Assembly (NCBI GenBank): GCA_001782165.1
Contig: MFNV01000009.1
Location: 56,123 to 120,122, forward strand
Source of the DNA: Candidatus Levybacteria bacterium RIFCSPHIGHO2_01_FULL_41_15
GTDB lineage: Bacteria; Patescibacteriota; Microgenomatia; Levybacterales; UBA12049
Direction: 5' to 3'
DNA length: 64,000 nt
Below, piece by piece: positions 56,968 to 64,000 of this stretch (positions are counted from its first letter, which is position 1; each line of letters begins with the position of its first letter). Made by a program: the position numbers and the translations under genes. The notes under the pieces are model-generated. The model ran no database searches. It saw only the letters and a program-made list of their open reading frames with translations, and was not told where the DNA came from.

Positions 56968-59334
56968 ATGGAAAAAGGCCTGTCCCCCCAAGAAGTTGAG
57001 GAAAATCTTCTTAAATTTGGCAAAAATACTATAAGGGAGAAAAAATCAGCCTCCAAGATTCAGCTTTTCTTTTCCCAATTTCCAAGCTTTATAAATGGCA
57101 TTTTATTTTTGGCTTCTCTTTTTTCATTCTATATCGGCAACCTCGTCGATGGATCATTAATCTTGGTAATTTTAATCCTCTCCGCTTCTTTCTCCTTTCT
57201 TCAGGAATATAGAGCCGAGAAGGAACTTGAAAAATTAAAAAATCTAATCGCTCCTATGAGTCGCGTTATAAGAAACGGCAGGGAAGAAGAAATTTCAAGC
57301 TCTGATATAGTACCGGGGGATTTGGTAATCCTAAATGAGGGAGATAAAATCCCGGCAGACGGAACAATTGTTCGCAGTTCTAATTTCGAAATTGATGAGT
57401 CAGTGATCACGGGCGAATCTGCCTCTATTATAAAAGACTCACATGAAGAGGTTTTTTCAGGCACCTTAGTTATCAAAGGCAAAGCGCATATAAAAATTAC
57501 AAAGACGGGGAGGGATTCAAGACTTGGGCAAATAGCAGAAACTTTATCTCAAATAAAAGCTGAAAAAACCCCTCTTCAAAAACAATTAGACAAAGTAGGA
57601 AAAGTAATCTCCGTAATAATCGTTATCATCGCCTTTCTTTTAGTGCCTATTGGTATATCAAACGGTCTTCATTTTTTCCCCTTACTTCTTCTTGCGATTA
57701 GCATTGCGGTTGCGGCAATCCCTGAAAGTCTTCCCGCAGTTATTACAATAACTTTGGCGATTGGAACGTCAAGGATGGCAAAAAATAAAGCAATTGTCAG
57801 GAAAATGGCATCGGTTGAAACACTTGGAGCCGTTCAAATTCTTCTTATTGATAAGACAGGAACGTTAACCCAAAACTCAATGAGAGTCAAAAACTTCTAT
57901 CTTTTAGACAGGAAAAAATTAAAACAGCTTCTCATGAGTGCAGTCCTAGGAAACACAGCCTCTTTAATAGAAAAAGCATCGGAGGGAAGATTTGATATCG
58001 TAGGAGACCGTACAGATGGAGCAGTTCTTCTCTGGGCAAAGGAGCAAAACGGCGATATAAAATCCCTTATCGACGGCGGGAAAATAATTGAGGAAAATAC
58101 TTTTGATCAGAAAACAAAAACTATAAGTACAGTTTTTGAACAAAATAATAAAAGGTATGTTTTTGTAAGAGGCGCTCCGGAGTCAATCCTTGAAAAAAGT
58201 AAAGTCTCAGAGCTTGAAAAAAATAAAATAAATAAAATAATTGAAAATTATGCAGGGCAAGGCTTGCGAGTCATAGGGTTTGGTTCAAAAATTGAAGATC
58301 ACGAAAGAATAACAGACAGAAACCACATAGAAGATAACTTGGAATTCTTGGGAATCGTAGGTATTCATGATGCTCCAAGACCTGAGGCAAGGGAAGCAGT
58401 CGAGAGTGCGAAAAAAGCCGGGATAAAGGTAGTAATGGTGACAGGAGATAATGAGCTTACCGCCCTGGCTATTGCAAAAGAGGTAGGCCTAATTGATAAA
58501 GATGAGGATGTTATAACAGGAGAGGAACTTTTAAGAATGACCGATGAAGAACTTATAAAAATCATTGAAAAGACAAGAATTTTCGCAAGAACAACTCCTG
58601 AGGATAAATTAAGATTAACTACATTGTTTAAAAACTTAGGATACATAGTCGGTGTTACGGGAGACGGTGTCAATGATGCGCTTGCTCTTAAAAAAGCTGA
58701 CGTGGGAGTTGCGATGGGGCAAAAAGGTACTGATGTTGCCAAGCAAGCAAGTGATATTGTGCTAATGGATGACAGTTTCGCAACGCTTATAAAAGCCGTC
58801 CTTGAAGGAAGGACAATCTATAATAATATAGTCAAATCAATTGTCTATCTTCTTTCAGGGAATTTATCAGAACTCTCGCTTATTTTTTTTGGACTTTTGC
58901 TTGGGCTTCCCTCTCCTCTTCTTCCCACACAAATTCTTTGGGTAAATCTAATAACAGACGGACTTCCGGCGCTTGCCCTGGCAAGCGACTACAGAAATAA
59001 AAGAGTGCTGGCAGATTTACCCCGCGATCCGAAGGAACCGATATTGGGAAATGGAAGACTTATTTTTATAAGCTTCGTGGGCTTTGCAGTTTCAGGAATT
59101 TTAATTGTGCTTTTTTCTATCCTTCTTAAATCCTATTCTGAGGTTTTTTCAAGAACTGTAATCTTTAATCTTCTCGTTCTTTTTCACTTTGGAATAGTAA
59201 TGTTGGTACGCGGACGGGAGATGTTCTCTCCCAATAAATTCTTGTATATCTCGCTTTTAATTATTCTAGCTCTTCAAATTGCAATTACCTTTGTACCTAA
59301 TCTTTCGAAGATCTTTCACCTCGGGTTAAACTAA
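56968..59334 (+). CDS. P-type cation-transporting ATPase (type II-like)
   Basis: 'DKTGTLTQN' phosphorylation motif and 'GDGVNDALALKKADVGVAMG' hinge. Confidence 0.9.
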   Translation: MEKGLSPQEVEENLLKFGKNTIREKKSASKIQLFFSQFPSFINGILFLASLFSFYIGNLVDGSLILVILILSASFSFLQEYRAEKELEKLKNLIAPMSRVIRNGREEEISSSDIVPGDLVILNEGDKIPADGTIVRSSNFEIDESVITGESASIIKDSHEEVFSGTLVIKGKAHIKITKTGRDSRLGQIAETLSQIKAEKTPLQKQLDKVGKVISVIIVIIAFLLVPIGISNGLHFFPLLLLAISIAVAAIPESLPAVITITLAIGTSRMAKNKAIVRKMASVETLGAVQILLIDKTGTLTQNSMRVKNFYLLDRKKLKQLLMSAVLGNTASLIEKASEGRFDIVGDRTDGAVLLWAKEQNGDIKSLIDGGKIIEENTFDQKTKTISTVFEQNNKRYVFVRGAPESILEKSKVSELEKNKINKIIENYAGQGLRVIGFGSKIEDHERITDRNHIEDNLEFLGIVGIHDAPRPEAREAVESAKKAGIKVVMVTGDNELTALAIAKEVGLIDKDEDVITGEELLRMTDEELIKIIEKTRIFARTTPEDKLRLTTLFKNLGYIVGVTGDGVNDALALKKADVGVAMGQKGTDVAKQASDIVLMDDSFATLIKAVLEGRTIYNNIVKSIVYLLSGNLSELSLIFFGLLLGLPSPLLPTQILWVNLITDGLPALALASDYRNKRVLADLPRDPKEPILGNGRLIFISFVGFAVSGILIVLFSILLKSYSEVFSRTVIFNLLVLFHFGIVMLVRGREMFSPNKFLYISLLIILALQIAITFVPNLSKIFHLGLN

Positions 59335-59428
59335 ATTTAAAAACTTAAGAACAACTCAAAAGAGGTAATGTTAGGAGACTCAGATTGGGCAATTATATCA
59401 GAAGAATCGGGGGAGATTTTGAAAGCAA

Positions 59429-59971
59429 TTAATTTTGATCCGGTCTTCTAAAGACTACCGTTATTCCTTCACTCTTGTCTTTTGTTATGCCCTCTATCTC
59501 TGTAAATCCGAATTCCACTGCTAGTCTACCAGTCCAGGTAGATCTTGCAGCATCTTCAGGATCAAATCCTTCCTTAAGCATTTCTGAATACTGATCGTAA
59601 TTGCTAGAGGCAAATTTATCAAGACTTGGCACCCAATATGTAGAAATTCTGTCAATTTCATAACCATTGGCTATAAAGTATTCATATGCGAAAATTAAAA
59701 ATTTTCTTGCAAACAAATCCGGATGCCTTTCTCCTGTTATGTATCTTCGGGTAAAGACAACTGCTATAAAGGTGCCCTCGGAAACTTTAGCATACATATG
59801 ATACCAACTGAACTCCTCATCTTCTATTTCAATAAAGTTACTTCTGATATAGTAATGCAAAGATTTTCCGGATCCACCCTTTGTTACACCTCTTGTATTT
59901 AGCGGTAGGTCTTTAAAAGGAATGCCATATTCCCCTTCAATGTATGGATATCCAACTTTACTCTCAACCAT
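59429..59971 (-). CDS. Hypothetical cytoplasmic protein
   Basis: 180-aa ORF. No confident family. Confidence 0.4.
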   Translation of the reverse strand: MVESKVGYPYIEGEYGIPFKDLPLNTRGVTKGGSGKSLHYYIRSNFIEIEDEEFSWYHMYAKVSEGTFIAVVFTRRYITGERHPDLFARKFLIFAYEYFIANGYEIDRISTYWVPSLDKFASSNYDQYSEMLKEGFDPEDAARSTWTGRLAVEFGFTEIEGITKDKSEGITVVFRRPDQN

Positions 59972-60017
59972 AGGGGAAGATTATAAATCCGGGGAAGGAA
60001 ATTATCAAATCGGGCAA

Positions 60018-61049
60018 TTATATCAGCTTTTGTTGGGGGGAGGATTTCGGTGGGGTTTTGCCGAGGTGTTCGTAGGCGACGGGTGTTGCGACCCGACCTC
60101 TTGGCGTTCTTTTGACGAATCCAATTTGAAGAAGATATGGTTCGATAACCTCCTCAATTGTTCCAATATCCTCTGATATTGTCGATCCGATTGTCTCAAG
60201 TCCGACAGGCCCTCCTGCGTGTTTATCAATAATTGCTTTTAGAAATCTTCGATCAGAACTGTCAAGCCCCATACTATCAACTTCAAGCATCGCAAGTGCT
60301 TCTTTGACAAGTTCGCTTGTAATTTTTCCCTCACCTCTCACTTGCGCAAAATCCCGTGCTCTTTTTAGTAATTTCAAACTTATACGCGGTGTTCCTCTTG
60401 CCCTTTTGGCAATTTGTCGAACACTCTCCTTATCAATTGAAACTTTAAGTTTTTTTGCGGCATTTTCAATAATTGTTTCTAAATCCTTTGGATCATAAAA
60501 GCTTAAACGGTGAACTACGCCAAACCTGTCCCGAAGAGGAGCAGACATAAGACCGATTCTGGTTGTTGCGCCGATTATCGTAAACTGCGGAAGCTCTAAT
60601 CTTAACGTCCGGGCGGAAGGACCTTTTCCCAAAATTATATCGAGTGCATAGTCTTCCATGGCAGGATATAAAGTTTCCTCAACCACTTTATTAAGCCTAT
60701 GAATCTCATCGATAAACAAAATGTCTCCTTTTTCAAGATTTGTAAGAATAGATGCAAGGTCTCCGGCTCTCTCAATTGCAGGACCAGATGTTACTCTTAT
60801 ATTTGCGCCCATTTGTTTGGCAACAAGATGAGAAAGAGTAGTCTTTCCAAGTCCCGGAGGTCCGTAGAGAAGTATATGCTCGATTGCCTCTTTTCTTTTT
60901 TTGGCGGCATCAATTGCAATATGCAAGGATTCCTTAACTTGTTTTTGCCCCAGAAACCCTGTCCAGTCTGAAACCCTTAAAGAGGTAAATAATATCTGTT
61001 CTTCAGGAGTTTCCTGTTCATCTAGTTTAATCTGTTTCTTGCTTAGCAT
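60018..61049 (-). CDS. ruvB: Holliday junction branch migration ATPase RuvB
   Basis: '[13 protein letters not shown]' AAA+ Walker A in a RuvB-length protein. Confidence 0.95.
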   Translation of the reverse strand: MLSKKQIKLDEQETPEEQILFTSLRVSDWTGFLGQKQVKESLHIAIDAAKKRKEAIEHILLYGPPGLGKTTLSHLVAKQMGANIRVTSGPAIERAGDLASILTNLEKGDILFIDEIHRLNKVVEETLYPAMEDYALDIILGKGPSARTLRLELPQFTIIGATTRIGLMSAPLRDRFGVVHRLSFYDPKDLETIIENAAKKLKVSIDKESVRQIAKRARGTPRISLKLLKRARDFAQVRGEGKITSELVKEALAMLEVDSMGLDSSDRRFLKAIIDKHAGGPVGLETIGSTISEDIGTIEEVIEPYLLQIGFVKRTPRGRVATPVAYEHLGKTPPKSSPQQKLI

Positions 61050-61147
61050 AATTTTAAATTTTTAATTCTTAATTTTTATTGAATTTTTAATGTTTTAAGT
61101 TTTAAAATTTAGATTTTATTTAAAATTTCAAATTTCAAATTCTAAAT

Positions 61148-61723
61148 TTACTTGCCAAGGTATTTCAATGCAAGCCTTATCTTCTCTTCAACACTCTCTA
61201 TCTTCTTGTCAATATTTTTGAGGGCTTCCCCTGCTTCTTTTGAAGAAAACCCAAAACTTTTAAGAACAGCTAAAACTTCTTTTGCTTCCCCGTCTCCCTC
61301 TTGTAATAAATCGAGCTCCTCAAGGCTTCCTACTTTACTCTTAAGTTCGATTATTAATTTTTGTGCATTCTTGGTCCCAAGACGAGGAATTGCTGTAAAG
61401 AAAGAGACATCTGCTTTGGCAATTGCAGATATTATTGAGTCTCTATTCCCAAAGGAGAAAATGTTTACTGCGATACGAGGTCCGATTCCTGAAACTCCTA
61501 TTATTTGTTCAAACAGTTTTAAATCTAAAGGATCGGAAAATCCGAAGAGCTCTAAAGCATCTTCCCGAACATGAGTATAGGTATAGACTTCGATTTCTTG
61601 ATTAATTTTTGCTTTTCCCAAAACCTCAGACGGTACAGTCACCTTATATCCTACGCCTTGCGTATCAATCACAATTGAAGCATTGTCAAAATACTTTACT
61701 TTTCCTTTTATAAAACCGATCAT
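61148..61723 (-). CDS. ruvA: Holliday junction DNA helicase RuvA
   Basis: 'MIGFIKGKV…GVGYKV', HhH 'GIGPRIA'. Confidence 0.9.
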   Translation of the reverse strand: MIGFIKGKVKYFDNASIVIDTQGVGYKVTVPSEVLGKAKINQEIEVYTYTHVREDALELFGFSDPLDLKLFEQIIGVSGIGPRIAVNIFSFGNRDSIISAIAKADVSFFTAIPRLGTKNAQKLIIELKSKVGSLEELDLLQEGDGEAKEVLAVLKSFGFSSKEAGEALKNIDKKIESVEEKIRLALKYLGK

Positions 61724-62202
61724 AAGCTTAATCTTTTGTTCGAAAAAAGATATGTTAGTCCGACAGCCAGTGCGTCCGCGGTATCATCGGGTTTTGGGAC
61801 AGAATTTAAGTTTAAAATTGTTTTTACCATTTTCCCCATTTGTGCTTTTTCTGCTCTTCCATAGCCCGTCACTGCGATTTTAACCTGAAGAGGAGTGTAG
61901 ATTGCAAGAGGTATGTTTTTTTCTGCTCCTGCAAGAAGAATTACTCCTCGTGCTTGTCCTACAATAAAAGCAGTCTTTGCATTGGTATTGAAAAAAAGCT
62001 CTTCAATTGCCATCGAATCTGGCGAATATTTTTCAATAAGTTTTAATATTTCGCTATAGATTTTTTTGAGCCGGTACTCTACATCATCCTTTGAACTCGT
62101 CTCAATGCACCCGAAGTTTTGACTTTTGACTTTTGACTTTTGACTTTCGATTACTCCCCATCCTGTTCTTGCAATTCCTGGATCAATACCCAAAACCCGC
62201 AT
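61720..62202 (-). CDS. ruvC: Crossover junction endodeoxyribonuclease RuvC
   Basis: 'MRVLGIDPGIARTGWGVIE'. Contains an in-frame (TTTTGAC)x4 repeat insertion. Confidence 0.9.
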   Translation of the reverse strand: MRVLGIDPGIARTGWGVIESQKSKVKSQNFGCIETSSKDDVEYRLKKIYSEILKLIEKYSPDSMAIEELFFNTNAKTAFIVGQARGVILLAGAEKNIPLAIYTPLQVKIAVTGYGRAEKAQMGKMVKTILNLNSVPKPDDTADALAVGLTYLFSNKRLSL

Positions 62203-62353
62203 AAGTTATTTTCATTATAGCACCTTGTAAAATAGCTAGCTTTGAGTTAAAATAAATCCTTAATAGTTTGCTCATCTAATTATTTATGGTGAGCAAAGCT
62301 TGCCCTGAGTTTATCGAAGGGTCGAATAAACTTGTATTGAGCGGAGGACAAGT

Positions 62354-63115
62354 ATGAAACGGGAAAATCTGAAAGTAGAAAAAAGAAAAGTCTTAGGTAA
62401 AAAGGTTAAGAAACTTCGAAAAGAAGGAATTCTTCCTGCAAATATTTATGGCAGGGGCTTTAAGTCTTTATCTGTTCAGGTTCCGGTAAAAGAATTTGGA
62501 AAAGTCTTTGGAGAAGCCGGAGAAACAGGGCTTGTTGACCTTCAGGTTGATAGCCAGACAATTCCTGTTCTCATTCATAACGTTCAAACTGATTACCTTG
62601 GCAATCCGCTTCATACAGACTTCTATAAAGTGAATCTTAAGGAAAAAGTCAAAACAATGGTGCCTATAGAAATTGTTGACGAGCCAAAAGCAGTTGTCGA
62701 TAAGGTGGGACTTTTAATTAAGATCTTAAACGAGGTTGAGGTTGAAGCTCTTCCTGCAGAACTTCCTGAAAAAATTGAAGTGAATGTTGAAAATCTTGCA
62801 AATGTTGATGATCAGATTACAGTTGGCGATTTAAAAACGCTGGAAGGTGTTGCTATTTTAACCGACCCTTCGCAAGTTATTGTAAAAATCGAAGAATTAG
62901 TTTCAAAAGAAGCAGAGGAACTCGCAAAAGAGGAGGCTGCCGCAGCTGAAGAGGCTAAAGCAGAGAAAGCTGCCGAGGCAGGCGAAGTACCTGTGGAAGG
63001 CATCGAAGGAGAAGCTCCGGCAGAAGAAGCAAAGACCGAAGAAAAACCCGAGGACCTGTCTGCCGACAAGGCAGGAAAGAAAGACTCGGCAGCTGAACCA
63101 AAACCTGAAGGATAA
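62354..63115 (+). CDS. rplY: 50S ribosomal protein L25 / general stress protein Ctc (long form with acidic tail)
   Basis: 'LKVEKRKVLGKKVKKLRKEGILPANIYGRG…' L25 fold with an E/A/K-rich C-terminus. Confidence 0.85.
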   Translation: MKRENLKVEKRKVLGKKVKKLRKEGILPANIYGRGFKSLSVQVPVKEFGKVFGEAGETGLVDLQVDSQTIPVLIHNVQTDYLGNPLHTDFYKVNLKEKVKTMVPIEIVDEPKAVVDKVGLLIKILNEVEVEALPAELPEKIEVNVENLANVDDQITVGDLKTLEGVAILTDPSQVIVKIEELVSKEAEELAKEEAAAAEEAKAEKAAEAGEVPVEGIEGEAPAEEAKTEEKPEDLSADKAGKKDSAAEPKPEG

Positions 63116-63122
63116 AACCCCT

Positions 63123-63824
63123 ATGACACTTATAGAGGCAAGGAAACAAACTCCAAAAGAAGCTGACTTGGGACACAGACAAACTCCTCTTGATCAAGTC
63201 TTTAGCACTGTTTGCCAACAATTTGATCTTAAACTTACACAGGGAGATTTACTGGGATCTGTTAATAATCCCGACGCAAATATGGGCCGTTCAATTGTGA
63301 TCTCTCTTTTGTTAAAGTCAGGCGTAGTTCCATACAATATTAGTCTTTTGTTTCACAACATCAAACTCGACGCTATTAAAGATCTAAACCAAAGAATAGG
63401 TGAACTTGAGCAAGCTTACCCTGGATTCAGAGATGTCATGCACAGTCTGGGAGATACTATTGATGTTTTAAGAGAAAGAAGAAATGTCGCGAAGATACAA
63501 CAACAGATTAGGACGGTATCGGAAAGATTCACGGCAAGCCCAGATGGATTTTATAAGAGGGGTAGAATATTACCCCCAACAGAAATCCAAATTGCTATCT
63601 ACCTTGCAAACCAAGCAGGATTATCTATTAAAGAAGTATGTGTTGTCTTGGAAATCAAAGATGAAGGAACAGTAAAACACAGCCTTGTAAGAGTGGCACA
63701 ACAACTCTCAAGGGATCCGGAATTTAAGGAGGAACTAACAGATGCAGAGGATAAAGTAGATGCAATAAGAGCAAAAAGAGAGCTTCAGCAGGCAATATCC
63801 CAAAGAATATCTAGGGGTTACTAA
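63123..63824 (+). CDS. Hypothetical protein with putative helix-turn-helix
   Basis: 233 aa. 'IAIYLANQAGLSIKEVCVVLEI' resembles an HTH. Confidence 0.4.
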   Translation: MTLIEARKQTPKEADLGHRQTPLDQVFSTVCQQFDLKLTQGDLLGSVNNPDANMGRSIVISLLLKSGVVPYNISLLFHNIKLDAIKDLNQRIGELEQAYPGFRDVMHSLGDTIDVLRERRNVAKIQQQIRTVSERFTASPDGFYKRGRILPPTEIQIAIYLANQAGLSIKEVCVVLEIKDEGTVKHSLVRVAQQLSRDPEFKEELTDAEDKVDAIRAKRELQQAISQRISRGY

Positions 63825-63829
63825 CTCTA

Positions 63830-64000
63830 ATATCTATATAATATCTTTTCAAGTTTTCTTCCCTCTCTAAAATTTGGATCTATCTGTAAGGTTTTTTCTA
63901 AATATTTTTCTGCTTTATCAAAATTTTTAAGCTGGTGGTTTAGAAGGGCAAGCTTAAAATATGCGTCCCTGTAATTTGGGTAGTTTATTAATGATGATTC
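63830..64000 (-). CDS. Partial CDS (C-terminus): TPR-repeat protein
   Basis: Own translation: …DAYFKLALLNHQLKNFDKAEKYLEKTLQIDPNFREGRKLEKILYRY*. Confidence 0.4.

Overview
This is a low-GC, gene-dense bacterial fragment with small proteins, PT-rich linkers and many leaderless starts. The gene content (CPR-type VirB2-like pilin, GT-C/LCP envelope clusters, a DGR) suggests a Patescibacteria/CPR-like genome. That assignment is an inference from the sequence only.

The window contains both HrcA/CIRCE-controlled heat-shock operons: hrcA-grpE-dnaK-dnaJ (580..4794) and groES-groEL (14796..16769). Recognisable housekeeping genes are metG, tatD, lepA, murJ, rpsT, tpiA, uvrD/pcrA, rpoD, dnaG, guaB, comM, ruvABC, rplY(ctc), a P-type ATPase and one tRNA-Asn(GTT). 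There are two clusters of envelope glycosylation genes (GT2/GT-C/WecA/UbiA at 7911..13199, and GT-C/PMT/LCP at 28485..33435). A PilN/PilO-like plus FN3 surface-protein cluster and a Ni-superoxide dismutase pair (sodN plus its maturation protease sodX) are also present.

The most notable feature is a complete diversity-generating retroelement (DGR) at 16913..19608, inserted between groES and a surface-protein gene. It has a reverse transcriptase with the DGR-specific IGxxxSQ motif, a divergently oriented Avd, and a 127-bp template repeat (TR, 18349..18475). The matching variable repeat (VR, 18799..18925) sits at the 3' end of a 271-aa target gene and differs from TR at 15 positions, all at TR adenines on the minus strand. 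A (GGACA)7 microsatellite lies in the RT/avd divergent promoter, and 18-bp direct repeats that include a -35 box flank the cassette.

Other unusual signals:
- A decayed duplicate of the comM 5' end, flanking a two-gene DUF5678-like/retropepsin-like module just upstream of intact comM.
- A conserved CTAGTTGCTAA element at the 3' ends of grpE, dnaK and groEL.
- GC-rich hairpins in the dnaJ and groES leaders.
- A GC-rich structured element upstream of a small membrane-protein gene.
- Heptanucleotide tandem repeats embedded in frame within tpiA and ruvC (related AT-rich/14-mer repeats in lepA and the femAB-like gene).
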